In this document: piece after piece, positions 49,127 to 58,871 of the stretch | How positions within the stretch are numbered: position 1 is the first letter of the stretch | Layout: every line of letters starts with the position of its first letter | Origin: Gemmatimonadota bacterium | GTDB taxonomy: Bacteria; Gemmatimonadota; Gemmatimonadetes; Gemmatimonadales; GWC2-71-9 | Assembly (NCBI GenBank): GCA_041487875.1 | Contig: JBGPOE010000006.1 | Coordinates: 11,913-75,912, forward strand | Reading direction: 5' to 3' | DNA length: 64,000 nt | The notes under the pieces: model-generated | What the model saw: the letters and a program-made list of their open reading frames with translations, nothing else | What the model was told of the DNA's origin: nothing | Databases searched by the model: none | Translations under genes and position numbers: made by a program

Positions 49127-50248
49127 TCACGGTGCCACGCCACCTCTCTTGCGCCCCTGCCCCACGCTGATCAGTACCCCGGTCGCCACCAGTGAGATGA
49201 ACAAGCTGGACCGGCCATAAGAAATGAACGGCAGCGTGACGCCCGTGGCCGGGAGCACGGCGAGGCTGACGCCGATGTGGAGCACGGCGGTGACGCCGAT
49301 CAATGCCGTGAGCCCGGTCGCGAGCAGCTGGCCGAAGGCATCGCCGGCGCTGCGCGCGATGCGGCAGCCGACCCACACGAAGGCCGCGAAGCCGAGCGCG
49401 ATGGCGAGCACGCCGATGAAGCCCCACTCTTCGCCGATCGTGGAAAAGATGAAATCGGAGTACGCATAGGGGAGGAATCCGAGTTTCTGCTGGCCGTGGC
49501 CGAACCCAACGCCGAACACACCACCGGCGCCGATGCCCACGAGCGACTGCTTCACCTGCCATTGGGCTTCGGTGGGCGCCCCCCCTGGGTTAAAGAAGCT
49601 GAGCACGCGCGCGAGGCGGTATTGCGCGCTCGCGACCGCGCCGTACAGGATGGGCGCGGCCACGATGCCGAGCAAGAGGAAGTGCCCGATGCGCGCACCC
49701 GCCGTGAACAGCACCACGCCCGCGAGGATGGAGACGAGCAACGCCATCGACAGGTTGGGCTCGAGGAAGATCAGCCCGACCACGGGGCCGAGCACCACGA
49801 GAAACGGCAACAATCCGGTCTTGAAGGTGCGGATCTGGTCGCCCTTCTTGGCGGCGAGCATCGCGGTCCACACCACCACGGCGAACTTGGCGAGCTCCGA
49901 TGGCTGGATCGTGATGAGGCCGAGATTCACCCAGCGGCGCGCACCGTTGATCGTGGGCGCCAGGCGATGCGTGAACGGCAGCAGCGGCGGGATGAGCAGC
50001 ACGACGACGATGCCCAACACCCACCAGGCGTGCCGCTGCCACACGTGGTAGTCCATCCGCGCCACGACGGTGGCGACGAGGCCTGCCACGGCGGCGCCGA
50101 TCGCCTGCCGCAGCGCGAAGCTCGCCCCGACTACGCCGCCCGATGTGGTGACGAGACTGGAGGCGCCATACACGGCCGCCAGGCCGAAGACGACGAGCAC
50201 CGCGGCGAGCACGGTGAGGAGCCGCGTCTCCCACAGACGGTCGATCAC
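49127..50248 (-). CDS. ftsW: Peptidoglycan glycosyltransferase FtsW (SEDS family)
   Basis: Last 373 codons of ORF 49127..51106 starting VIDRLWETRLLTVLAAVLVVFG: QPSELAKF and SDFIFSTIGEEWGFIG. GTG overlaps the murD stop (GTGA). Confidence 0.92.
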   Translation of the reverse strand: MIDRLWETRLLTVLAAVLVVFGLAAVYGASSLVTTSGGVVGASFALRQAIGAAVAGLVATVVARMDYHVWQRHAWWVLGIVVVLLIPPLLPFTHRLAPTINGARRWVNLGLITIQPSELAKFAVVVWTAMLAAKKGDQIRTFKTGLLPFLVVLGPVVGLIFLEPNLSMALLVSILAGVVLFTAGARIGHFLLLGIVAAPILYGAVASAQYRLARVLSFFNPGGAPTEAQWQVKQSLVGIGAGGVFGVGFGHGQQKLGFLPYAYSDFIFSTIGEEWGFIGVLAIALGFAAFVWVGCRIARSAGDAFGQLLATGLTALIGVTAVLHIGVSLAVLPATGVTLPFISYGRSSLFISLVATGVLISVGQGRKRGGVAP

Positions 50249-51588
50249 GACGCCAGCGCCAGGCGGCGGAAGGTGGCGCCGCGCTCCTCGTAGTTCTTGA
50301 ACATGTCGTAGCTCGAGCAAGCGGGCGACAGCAGCACCGCGTCGCCCGGTCGCGCGGCGCGGCGCGCCCGCTCCATCACGTCCGCGAAAGTGGTGCCGCG
50401 CTCGAGCGGCACGGCGCCTTGCAGATCCTTCTCCACGAGCGGGCCCGCCTCCCCGTAGGCGATCACGAGCCGGCACCGTTCCTTGAGCAGCGGCCCGAGC
50501 CGCGTGTACGGCTCGCCCTTGTGGCGCCCGCCCAAGAGCAACACGAAGGGCCGGTCCATGGCCGCAATCGCCACCACCGTCGAGGCGATATTGGTCGCCT
50601 TGGAATCGTTGATCCACTGGACGCCGCCCACCTCGCCGACCGGCTCGAGCCGATGCGGCAGGGACCGAAACGACCGCAGTCCTCGAGCGATGACGTCGGG
50701 CGCGAGCCCTGCTTCCTTCACGGCCAGCGCGGCTGCCAAGGCGTTGGCGACGTTGTGGTCGCCCAGCAGCGCCAGCTCGTCGCGCGCGAGCAGCTCCGCG
50801 CCGCCCAGGAGCAGCCGCCGCGTCGCCGCGTCGTACCAGGCGTCCGCCGGGCGGCACAGCGAGAAGTGCACCTGTCGTCCGGCTGCGCCGCGCGCCAGCT
50901 CGAGGCCCGCAGCGTCGTCGGCATTCAGGACCCAGACGCTCGCCGCCCGCGCATTGCGGAATAGCAGGCGCTTGTCCGCATAGTACGCAGTGACCGAGGG
51001 ATAGCGGTCGAGGTGGTCGGGAGCGAGGTTCGTGAGAATGCCGATGTCGGGCGCGAAATGCGGGCTGTCGTGCAATTGAAAGGACGACACCTCGACCGCG
51101 AGCCATTCATAGCGCTCGCCGGACAGGGCGACGTCGGCGAGCGGGCGCCCGATGTTGCCGGCCGCTTCGGCCTTGAGCCCCGCCACGCGCAGCAGGTGTG
51201 TCACGAGCGCGGTGGTGGTCGTCTTGCCGTTGGTGCCGGTCACCGCGATGGCCCGGACGCCCGCGAGCGCCCGCCAGCCCAGGTCCAGCTCCGCAACGAT
51301 CTCCACACCGGCGGCCCGCGCCGCGGCGAGCGGCGGGGCGTCGGGCGGCACGCCGGGCGAGACCACGAGGCCCGCCGCGGCCTCGATCTTCGCCAGGTCG
51401 TGCCGGCCGGTCTCCACCTCGACGCCGGGCAGCCCGCGCAGCGCCTCGACCGCCGCGCCGGGTTGGGCGGCCGCGTCGCTCGCGTACACGCGCGCGCCGG
51501 CGCGCGCGAGCAGCCGCGTGGCGGCGACGCCGCTCTTGCCGAGCCCCACAACCGCGACCACGCCGTTCCGCCAGCGCTCCGGAATCAT
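50245..51588 (-). CDS. murD: UDP-N-acetylmuramoylalanine--D-glutamate ligase
   Basis: Last 447 codons of ORF 50245..52440 starting MIPERWRNGVVAVVGLGKSG, with GTNGKTTTT. The ATG overlaps the mraY stop (ATGA). Confidence 0.94.
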   Translation of the reverse strand: MIPERWRNGVVAVVGLGKSGVAATRLLARAGARVYASDAAAQPGAAVEALRGLPGVEVETGRHDLAKIEAAAGLVVSPGVPPDAPPLAAARAAGVEIVAELDLGWRALAGVRAIAVTGTNGKTTTTALVTHLLRVAGLKAEAAGNIGRPLADVALSGERYEWLAVEVSSFQLHDSPHFAPDIGILTNLAPDHLDRYPSVTAYYADKRLLFRNARAASVWVLNADDAAGLELARGAAGRQVHFSLCRPADAWYDAATRRLLLGGAELLARDELALLGDHNVANALAAALAVKEAGLAPDVIARGLRSFRSLPHRLEPVGEVGGVQWINDSKATNIASTVVAIAAMDRPFVLLLGGRHKGEPYTRLGPLLKERCRLVIAYGEAGPLVEKDLQGAVPLERGTTFADVMERARRAARPGDAVLLSPACSSYDMFKNYEERGATFRRLALAS

Positions 51589-52706
51589 CGCACCTTGAGC
51601 GTCGCCAGGGCGATCATCGCGCACAGCACGGCGAGGATGTAGAAGCGCATCACCACTTGCGGCTCGGTCCAGCCCAGTTTCTCGAAGTGGTGGTGCAGCG
51701 GCGCCATGCGGAACACGCGGTGCGCGTCGGCGTACTCCCGGCCGCGCCGGTTCTTGTGCCAGCGGTACACGCTGGTCTGGATCATCACCGACACGGTCTC
51801 CGCCACGAACACCCCGCCCGCGATGAGCAGCAGGAACTCCGCCTTGAGGAGAATCGCGACGGTGCCCAGCGCGCCGCCGATCGCCAGCGCGCCGGTATCG
51901 CCCATGAACACCTGCGCGGGGTGCGCGTTGAACCACAGGAACCCGAGAGCGGCGCCCATCAGTGCGCCGCAAAAAATCGTGAGCTCGCCGGCGCCCAGCA
52001 GGTGGTAGACACCGAGGTAGCGAGCCGCATCGAACCGGCCGAACAGATAGGCGAAGATGGCGAACGCGCCGGCGGCGATGGCGGTGAGCCCCGCGGCGAG
52101 GCCGTCGAGCCCGTCGGTCAAGTTCACGGCGTTCGAGCTGCCTGTCACGACGAGCGTGACGAACAGCACGTACAGGGGCCACGGCAGGATCAGCAAGATG
52201 TACTTCAAGAGCGGCAGCTGCGTCGATGCCGCCGGCAGGCCGGCGGTCAACGGCTGCAGGACGATGAACAAGCCCAGTGCGACGCCGAAGGAGATCTGGC
52301 CGACGAGCTTCCAGCGCGCCACGAGCCCCTGCGACTTGCCGCGCACGATCTTCAAGTAATCGTCGAGAAAGCCGATGGTGCCCATCCACAGGGTCGCGAC
52401 CACGGCCACGAGCACGTACCGCGTGTCGAGGCGGGCCCACAGCAGCGTGGGGACGATGGTGGCGAGAATGATGATGAGACCGCCCATCGTCGGCGTGCCG
52501 CGCTTGCCCTGATGGCTCGCCGGACCTTCGGCGCGGATGATCTGGCCGACTTTATGAACGCGCAGCTTCCCGATGATCCACGGGCCGGCGGCGAAGGCGA
52601 GGATGAGCGCCGTGACGGTGGCGCCCGCGGCGCGAAACGTGATGTAGTTGAAGAGATTGAAGAGGATGTACGTCTTGCCGAGCGGTGCCAGCAAGTGGTA
52701 GAGCAC
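51585..52706 (-). CDS. mraY: Phospho-N-acetylmuramoyl-pentapeptide transferase
   Basis: ORF 51585..52706, 373 aa. Polytopic: KRGTPTMGG, NAVNLTDGLDGLA, APLHHHFE. Confidence 0.95.
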   Translation of the reverse strand: MLYHLLAPLGKTYILFNLFNYITFRAAGATVTALILAFAAGPWIIGKLRVHKVGQIIRAEGPASHQGKRGTPTMGGLIIILATIVPTLLWARLDTRYVLVAVVATLWMGTIGFLDDYLKIVRGKSQGLVARWKLVGQISFGVALGLFIVLQPLTAGLPAASTQLPLLKYILLILPWPLYVLFVTLVVTGSSNAVNLTDGLDGLAAGLTAIAAGAFAIFAYLFGRFDAARYLGVYHLLGAGELTIFCGALMGAALGFLWFNAHPAQVFMGDTGALAIGGALGTVAILLKAEFLLLIAGGVFVAETVSVMIQTSVYRWHKNRRGREYADAHRVFRMAPLHHHFEKLGWTEPQVVMRFYILAVLCAMIALATLKVR

Positions 52707-52725
52707 GTTGGGTGTCCCCGCCTCC

Positions 52726-54078
52726 CTAGTTCAAGTGTCGCAGCACGCGCTCCAGCGCGACGCCGCGCGACGCCTTGAGCAGCACGACCTCATCCCCCTG
52801 CAGCGCGGCCGCGAGCTTGGGACCCAGCGCCTCCGCGTCCGTCGCCACCAACAGCCGGCTCCCCAACCGCGCACGCTCGGCCTCGAACGCCGGGATGAAC
52901 TCCCCGACCGCCGCCACCAGCGTAGGATGCAACGCCGTGATCTCCCGCGCCGCAGCCGCATGCAATTTGGCACTCTCCCCTCCCAACTCCAACATCGACC
53001 CGACCACGACGGCGAGGGGCCGCTGTTCCCGGGCGGCGTACCAGGCCGCGAATTCGAGCGCGGCACGCAAGGATGCGGGGTTGGCATTGTAGCTGTCGTT
53101 GATCACCGTGATGCCGCCGAGCTGCAGCAGGGCGCCGCGCCCCTTGGGCAGCGACACCCCGGCGAGCGCCGGCATCGCCTGCCGCGGATCGACACCCGCC
53201 TCCCGCGCCACCGCCAGGGCGAGCATCGCGTTATCGACCTGGTGGAACCCCACGGCCGGGATCGTGACCTCGCTGCCCTGCCAGCGCAGGTGCACGTGGC
53301 CGGATGCATCCAAGTCGGCGGCGTCCGGGCGCACGTCCGCCTCGGCCGAGCGGCCCGCCGAGATCGTGCGCGTGCGCACGCGCGCCTCGCCCGGCAGGTA
53401 CGGCGGGTCGGTGCCGACCACGGCGAGGGGCACACCCTCGATCAGCGACAGCTTCTCGCGCAGCACACCCGCGAACGAGCCGAACCCCTCCACGTGAGCC
53501 CAGCCCACCGTGGTGACCACGGCGATGGTCGGCTCGATGATGTCGCGCAGCTTGGCCACTTCGCCGGGGACGCTGGCGCCCGCTTCGACCACCAGCGCCT
53601 CGGTGTCGGCGGGCGCGGCGAGGATGGTGAGCGGCACACCCACCAGGTTGTTCAGGTTGCCGCTGGTCGCGTGGACGCGCCAGCGGCTGCCCAACGCGGC
53701 GCGCAGCATTTCCTTGGTGCTCGTCTTGCCGCTCGAGCCGGTCACCGCGATCACCGGTGCGCCCGCTGGCAGCGCCCGGCGGCGCGCCCGGGCCAGGTGG
53801 CCCAGCGCCACGAGCGTGTCCGGCACGGTGAAATACGGCAGGCCCGGGGTGGGCGGCGTCCCCGCACGGACGACCGCCGCCGCTGCCCCACGCTCTTGCG
53901 CCTGCGCGAGGAAGTTGTGCGCGTCGAACCGCTCGCCCTTGAGAGCCACGAAGAGGGCGCCCGGCTGGATGTCCCGCGTGTCGGTGGAGACGCTGCGACA
54001 CTGCACGGCGCCTGGCGCCGGCACGCCCAACGCCTCCGCGATCAGGCCTGCGCTCCAGGAGAACCCCGGCGCGCTCAT
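52726..54078 (-). CDS. murF: UDP-N-acetylmuramoyl-tripeptide--D-alanyl-D-alanine ligase
   Basis: Last 450 codons of ORF 52726..55236 starting MSAPGFSWSAGLIAEALG, with GSSGKTSTKE. The ATG overlaps the murE stop (ATGA). Confidence 0.93.
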   Translation of the reverse strand: MSAPGFSWSAGLIAEALGVPAPGAVQCRSVSTDTRDIQPGALFVALKGERFDAHNFLAQAQERGAAAAVVRAGTPPTPGLPYFTVPDTLVALGHLARARRRALPAGAPVIAVTGSSGKTSTKEMLRAALGSRWRVHATSGNLNNLVGVPLTILAAPADTEALVVEAGASVPGEVAKLRDIIEPTIAVVTTVGWAHVEGFGSFAGVLREKLSLIEGVPLAVVGTDPPYLPGEARVRTRTISAGRSAEADVRPDAADLDASGHVHLRWQGSEVTIPAVGFHQVDNAMLALAVAREAGVDPRQAMPALAGVSLPKGRGALLQLGGITVINDSYNANPASLRAALEFAAWYAAREQRPLAVVVGSMLELGGESAKLHAAAAREITALHPTLVAAVGEFIPAFEAERARLGSRLLVATDAEALGPKLAAALQGDEVVLLKASRGVALERVLRHLN

Positions 54079-55523
54079 TCGGCCCCCAGCTGGCGGACGA
54101 TGTCCCGCTCGTCGAACGGCTCCTTGACCGTGCCCACCACCTGGTAGGTCTCGTGTCCTTTGCCCGCAAGCAACATGGTGTCGCCGGGCCGCGCGAGCTC
54201 GAGCGCCAGCGCGATCGCTTTGCGCCGGTCGGCCTCGCGGCGGTGCGGCTTGGCGCGCATGCCCTGCTCGACGTCGTCCAGAATCTTGTCGGGATCTTCG
54301 GTGCGCGGGTTGTCCGACGTGGCGACGGCGATGTCCGCGAGACGCACGGCCGCCTCGCCCATGGGCGCGCGTTTGCCGCGGTCGCGGTCGCCGCCCGCGC
54401 CGAATACGACGATCACCCGCCCCGCCGTCAGCGGCCGGACCGCCTCCAGCGCGCGCTCCAGCGCGTCGGGCGTATGCGCGTAGTCGCGCAGGATGGCGCA
54501 GGGCCGTGTGGCGATGCGCTCCATGCGCCCGGGCACCTGCGGCGCCGTGGTGAGCCGCTCGGCCACCTCCGCCGGCTTCATCCCTTCGCTCACCGCGGCG
54601 GCCGCGACCCCCAGCGCGTTGGCGACATTGAAGCGCCCCAACAGCGGCAGCCGCACGCGGGCGCTGCCCGCGGCCGTGACGAGCTCGAAGCGCGCGCCGC
54701 CCGCATCGAGCGCCACGTCGCGTGCGCGCACGTCGCCCGCGGTCTCGCCGAAGGTGATGCGCCGGTGCCCGGGCCGGAGCGCCCGCCACGCCGCATCGTC
54801 GGCGTTCACCACTTCCGTCCCGTCCGGGGCGAGGTAGGTGGAGAGCTTTGCCTTGGCCTGGAAGTACGCCTCGAACGTCTTGTGATAGTCGAGGTGGTCG
54901 CGCGTGAGGTTCGTATAGATCGCGGTGCGAAACACGAGCCCGTCGACGCGCCCCTGGTCGAGCGAGTGCGAGGAGACTTCCATGGCCGCGCCGCGCGCGC
55001 CGGCCGCAACCAGGGCGGCGAACGTCGCCTGCAGGTCGATCGGGCCGGGGGTGGTGAGGTTGCCCGCCTCGCTCTCCACGGGCCGACCGTCGGGGCCGTA
55101 CGCGCCCAGCGTGCCGATCGAGCCCATGGGCCGCAGCGCCGAGAGCACGTGGCGCGCGAGCGTGACGGTAGTGCTCTTGCCGTTCGTGCCGGTGACGCCC
55201 ACGAGCACGAGCCGCTCCGCGGGCCGGCCGAACCACGCTTCCGCCGCCACGGCGGCGGCGCGGCGGCCGTCGCTCACCACGAGCTGGGGCAGCGCGACCG
55301 GCTGCTCCACCTCCACTAACGCGGCCGCGGCGCCGCGCTCGACTGCCTGCCCCACGAACCGATGCCCGTCGAGGACGGAGCCGTTGATCGCGCAGTAAAG
55401 CATGCCACGCGTCAGCTTGCGCGTGTCGGCCGTGATGCCGGAGACGGCGGGGAGCGTGGCGGGCGCCCGCACCAAGAGGCCCGCGCGCCGCAGCGCGTCC
55501 GCGATGCCCGCAAGCGACGTCAT
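54075..55523 (-). CDS. murE: UDP-N-acetylmuramoyl-L-alanyl-D-glutamate--2,6-diaminopimelate ligase
   Basis: 482-aa part of ORF 54075..55607 starting MTSLAGIADALRRAG: GTNGKSTT and the DNPR motif (TSDNPRTEDP). The ATG overlaps the ftsI stop (ATGA). Confidence 0.93.
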   Translation of the reverse strand: MTSLAGIADALRRAGLLVRAPATLPAVSGITADTRKLTRGMLYCAINGSVLDGHRFVGQAVERGAAAALVEVEQPVALPQLVVSDGRRAAAVAAEAWFGRPAERLVLVGVTGTNGKSTTVTLARHVLSALRPMGSIGTLGAYGPDGRPVESEAGNLTTPGPIDLQATFAALVAAGARGAAMEVSSHSLDQGRVDGLVFRTAIYTNLTRDHLDYHKTFEAYFQAKAKLSTYLAPDGTEVVNADDAAWRALRPGHRRITFGETAGDVRARDVALDAGGARFELVTAAGSARVRLPLLGRFNVANALGVAAAAVSEGMKPAEVAERLTTAPQVPGRMERIATRPCAILRDYAHTPDALERALEAVRPLTAGRVIVVFGAGGDRDRGKRAPMGEAAVRLADIAVATSDNPRTEDPDKILDDVEQGMRAKPHRREADRRKAIALALELARPGDTMLLAGKGHETYQVVGTVKEPFDERDIVRQLGAE

Positions 55524-57454
55524 GGCTGCCGCGCCCAGAGCGTCACGGTGGCGCCCGGCGCGGCACTCGATCCCGCGACCGGCCACGTATGATCGGCCGC
55601 GCCCCAACCTTTGAGCACCACCCGGAACCCGCGGCGGTGCAGCGCGCGGATCGCCAGACGGAGCGACATGCCCGCCACGTCGGGCACGGCGTGCGCGATC
55701 TCGACGCGCGCCGTGTCGGGCCGGTAGGGCCAGCTCACCACGTACGGCACCACGCCGCCGTCTTCTTCGAGCGCGGAGTCGCCGGCCGCGGGCTCGGGGG
55801 TGGAGAGGCGGGCGCGATCGAGTGCCACGTCGCGCGCCGCGAGCGCCTGCTCCAGCATCCGGCGTGTCACGGGCGCCGCAGTCTGCGCCGCGAAGTAGCT
55901 GCCCTTCCTCGGATTGTCGATCTTCACGACCACCACGAGCTGCGGCCGGTCAGCGGGAAATAACGCCGCGAAGCTGGCCGTGTACTCACCCGGCGCGTAG
56001 TGCCCGTCCACGACGCGGCGCGCCGTACCCGTCTTGGCGGCGATGGGAAACGTGGCGAGCGCGCCCGCGGTGCCCGTGCCACCCGCCTCGACGGCGCCCT
56101 GGAGCAGCTCGCGCAGCCGCCGCGCCACCTCGGGCGTCACGGCGCGGCGCACGGGCTCCGGTGCGTGGCGGTACAGCAGGTCGCCGTCGGGCCCGCGAAT
56201 CTCGCGCACCAGCGTGGGCTGCAGCAGGACGCCGTTGTTGGCGATGGCGGCGTACGCCATGGCGAGCTGCAGCGGCGTCACCGACAGCTCATAGCCGATG
56301 GCGAGACTCGCCGGACTCGTCCCCGACCATTCCTTGGGCGGCCGCAGGCGGCCGGGCGACTCGGCGGGAAACTCGATGCCCGTGGGCGCGCCGAAGCCGA
56401 AGTCGCGCAGCGTGGAGTACTGCTCGGCGGGCGCCAAGCGCGTGCTGAACTTCGCCATCGCGATGTTGCTCGAGACGCGGATGGCGTCGGCCAGGGTCAG
56501 CGAGGGCAGCGGGTCCTGATCGGTGAGCGGTGTGGGCCGGCCCTTGATGTGATAGGTGCCGCCCTCCCCCGACACGCGCTCGCCCGCCCGCACGCGGTTC
56601 CGCGACAACAGCGCCGCCGCGGCCACGATCTTCGCCACCGAGCCGGGCTCGAACGTCTCGGTGAAGGCGCTGGGCCGCGTGGTGCCGTCGTGGTGGCGCG
56701 ACGCCACGGCCAGCACTTCGCCGGTCGCGGGATCGAGCATCACCACGTCGCCGCCTACGGCATCCATCTTCTGCAGCGCCTCATCGAGCGCGCGCTGGGC
56801 GATCTCCTGCAGCTCGGCGTCGAGCGTCAGCACCACGTCCGCGCCGGCCACCGGCGCGGCGATCAGCCGCGCAGGCGACTCATACTCCCGCCCCGCGCGG
56901 TCCTTGAGGACGACGGCGGCGCCCGGCGTCCCCGCGAGCAGGCTGTCCAGCACCTTCTCGAGACCCGACGCGCTGCTGCCGCCCGAGCCCACGCGGCCGA
57001 TCACGGCGCGCGCGAAATCGGGCGCCGGGTAGAAGCGGTTGAGCACGGGCTCCAGGTGCACGCCGCGTACCGCGCGGATCGGCTGCACCTCAACCGAGCT
57101 GTACGGTCCCGCGAACCAAGCGTAACGCTGGGCGAGCTCCGCCTCGACTTGGTGCGACGACAGCCGCAGCGCGCGCGCGATGGCCGCGGCGTCGCGCGCG
57201 GGGTCACGCAGCTCGTTCGGCGCGACGCCCACGTGGTAGGTCTCCTGCGTCAACGCGAGCGGCGTGCCGTGACGGTCGTACAGCGCCCCACGCCGCGCCG
57301 CGAGCACGATGCGCTCGGTGCGCTGCGCCTTGGCTTCCGCGGCCCAGCGCGATCCCTGGAACAGCTGCACCTGACCCGCGCGCACCACGAGCGCCAGCAG
57401 GGCGGCGAGCACGCCGATCTCCACCACGCGCTGGCGCACGGCGATTTTCGCCAC
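55520..57454 (-). CDS. ftsI: Peptidoglycan D,D-transpeptidase FtsI (class B PBP) with C-terminal PASTA-like domain
   Basis: 644-aa part of ORF 55520..57721 starting VAKIAVRQRVVEIGVLAALLALV (TM). SxxK (GSVAK), SSN and KTGT motifs. The last ~57 aa VPDVAGMSLRLAIRALHRRGFRVVLKGWG...PGATVTLW resemble a PASTA domain. Confidence 0.9.
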   Translation of the reverse strand: MAKIAVRQRVVEIGVLAALLALVVRAGQVQLFQGSRWAAEAKAQRTERIVLAARRGALYDRHGTPLALTQETYHVGVAPNELRDPARDAAAIARALRLSSHQVEAELAQRYAWFAGPYSSVEVQPIRAVRGVHLEPVLNRFYPAPDFARAVIGRVGSGGSSASGLEKVLDSLLAGTPGAAVVLKDRAGREYESPARLIAAPVAGADVVLTLDAELQEIAQRALDEALQKMDAVGGDVVMLDPATGEVLAVASRHHDGTTRPSAFTETFEPGSVAKIVAAAALLSRNRVRAGERVSGEGGTYHIKGRPTPLTDQDPLPSLTLADAIRVSSNIAMAKFSTRLAPAEQYSTLRDFGFGAPTGIEFPAESPGRLRPPKEWSGTSPASLAIGYELSVTPLQLAMAYAAIANNGVLLQPTLVREIRGPDGDLLYRHAPEPVRRAVTPEVARRLRELLQGAVEAGGTGTAGALATFPIAAKTGTARRVVDGHYAPGEYTASFAALFPADRPQLVVVVKIDNPRKGSYFAAQTAAPVTRRMLEQALAARDVALDRARLSTPEPAAGDSALEEDGGVVPYVVSWPYRPDTARVEIAHAVPDVAGMSLRLAIRALHRRGFRVVLKGWGAADHTWPVAGSSAAPGATVTLWARQP

Positions 57455-57456
57455 GC

Positions 57457-57753
57457 TCAGCGTTCCCGCCCGGTGTCGCCGGGCATGCGCAACAGGATGA
57501 TCTCGGTATCGGCGGGCTGGCGCAGGCGCAGGCTCCTTTGGGCGCGCGGCGCGAGCACTGCGCGGCTCGTGGCGGAGCGGATCCGCCGCTCCAAGTCGGC
57601 GCGCCGGCCGTCGAGCGCCGCGCGCTGCGCGCGCGCGGCCGTCAGGTCGCGCGCCAGGCGCAGCGCGGCGGTTTGGCGCGCCACCACCACCCACGCCACC
57701 GCGAGAAACGCGAGCAGCCACACGGCCACCCAGTGACGGCCCTTAAGCGCCAT
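57457..57753 (-). CDS. ftsL: Cell division protein FtsL-like
   Basis: ORF 57457..57753, 98 aa. Single TM WVAVWLLAFLAVAWVVV followed by a coiled-coil-like segment. Position is between rsmH and ftsI. Confidence 0.75.
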   Translation of the reverse strand: MALKGRHWVAVWLLAFLAVAWVVVARQTAALRLARDLTAARAQRAALDGRRADLERRIRSATSRAVLAPRAQRSLRLRQPADTEIILLRMPGDTGRER

Positions 57754-58660
57754 CGACCGTCTCGAATGCCCGCAGTTTGGCCGAGCGGGCGCGGGGATTG
57801 GCCGCGACCTCCGGAACCGTGGCGGTAATGCCTTTCTTGCTGAGCAGGCGTCCCAGCGGCCGGCCGCGGCAGGTACAGATCGGCTGGCGCGGCGGGCAGA
57901 CGCACGACTTGGCCCAATCGCGGAAGGCGTTCTTGATCCGGCGATCCTCGCCCGAGTGATACGTGATCACCGCGATGCGGCCGCCGGGAATGAGCGCGTC
58001 GCGCAGGGCCGGCAGCGCCTGATCGAGCTGCTCGTCTTCCCCGTTCACGGCGATGCGCAGCGCCTGAAACAGACGGGCGAACTCCGACGGTCCCGAGCGC
58101 GCACCCAGCGCCTCGCGAATGGCGTTCACGAAGTCGTCGGAGACGAGGAACGGCTCGTGCTGGCGCCGCCGGATGACGATGCGCGCCAGCGCGCGGGCGC
58201 GCGGCTCGTCCGCCTGCTCCGCGAACAACTCCGTCAGCGCGGCCTCGGCCCACGTATTGAGGACGTCGGCCGCCCGGATGCCCTCGCCCGGCGTCATGCG
58301 CATGTCGAGCGGCGCGCCGGGGCGGAACGTGAAGCCGCGGGCCGCATCGTCCAATTGATGGGACGACACGCCCAGGTCGAGGAGGATGCGATCCGGCCGG
58401 AAGGCCTGAATGGCCGCCAGCGCCTGGGCCGAGGCGAACGGTGCGAGCAGGTAGGTGATGCCGCGCTCCCCCAGCCGGGCGCGCGCCGCGGCGAGCGCCT
58501 GCGGGTCGCGGTCGATGGCGAGCACAAGGGCGCCCGCCGCGCGCAGCAGCTCGGCGTGGCCGCCGCCCCCCACCGTGGCGTCCACCGCGCGGCGGCCGCC
58601 GGCCGCCCACTCCTCGACCGCACCGGCGAGGGCCGGCACGTGGAACAGCGACGTCGACAT
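57743..58660 (-). CDS. rsmH: 16S rRNA (cytosine1402-N4)-methyltransferase
   Basis: ORF 57743..58660, 305 aa: DATVGGGGHA, DLGVSSHQLD, and SGEDRRIKNAF. Confidence 0.94.
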   Translation of the reverse strand: MSTSLFHVPALAGAVEEWAAGGRRAVDATVGGGGHAELLRAAGALVLAIDRDPQALAAARARLGERGITYLLAPFASAQALAAIQAFRPDRILLDLGVSSHQLDDAARGFTFRPGAPLDMRMTPGEGIRAADVLNTWAEAALTELFAEQADEPRARALARIVIRRRQHEPFLVSDDFVNAIREALGARSGPSEFARLFQALRIAVNGEDEQLDQALPALRDALIPGGRIAVITYHSGEDRRIKNAFRDWAKSCVCPPRQPICTCRGRPLGRLLSKKGITATVPEVAANPRARSAKLRAFETVDGA

Positions 58661-58693
58661 GCGTTCCCAGCACCCGCGAAAATGACGACGGCC

Positions 58694-58713
58694 CCGCCTG
58701 CCGGAGCAGGCGG
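58694..58713 (-). terminator. GC-rich stem-loop downstream of tRNA-Asp (possible terminator or processing signal)
   Basis: CCGCCTGC/CGGA/GCAGGCGG: perfect 8-bp stem with a 4-nt loop. On the minus strand a TTTT run follows only after about 13 nt, so this is not a canonical intrinsic terminator. Confidence 0.35.
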
Positions 58714-58747
58714 AGCCGGGTACAACCTCCCGCGACGCGGGTTCAGG

Positions 58748-58821
58748 CGGGGCTGACGGGGCTCGAACCCGCGACCTCCGGTGTGACAGACCGGCACTCT
58801 AACCAGCTGAGCTACAGCCCC
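58748..58821 (-). tRNA. tRNA-Asp (anticodon GUC)
   Basis: Minus strand GGGGCTGTAGCTCAGCTGGTTAGAGTGCCGGTCTGTCACACCGGAGGTCGCGGGTTCGAGCCCCGTCAGCCCCG. Folds as a cloverleaf by hand (7-bp acceptor, anticodon loop CUGUCAC, T-loop GGTTCGAGCC). CCA is not encoded. Confidence 0.92.
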
Positions 58822-58838
58822 CTGCAACGGAGCGTCGC

Positions 58839-58867
58839 AATATAGGCGCGCGCTGAGGCCAATTCAA
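58839..58867 (-). promoter_or_regulatory. Sigma-70-like promoter TTGAAT-17-TATATT upstream of tRNA-Asp
   Basis: Minus strand reads CCATTGAATTGGCCTCAGCGCGCGCCTATATTGCGACGCTCCGTTGCAGGGGGCTG. The -10 ends 17 nt before the tRNA 5' end. The -35 begins 5 nt after the TPR gene stop. Confidence 0.65.
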
Positions 58868-58871
58868 TGGC

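Noticed and set aside
49111-49143. Upstream start (49143) for murG, overlapping the ftsW 3' end.
   Set aside because: The canonical MurG N-terminus MKILIAGGGTGGH begins at ATG 49110. The 11 extra residues (MAWHRDARRAR) are not conserved-looking.
58661-58747. Missing mraZ or MraZ-binding repeats upstream of rsmH.
   Set aside because: Eighty-seven nt cannot encode MraZ. I saw only one TGGGA-like element, not the repeated boxes expected for MraZ operators.
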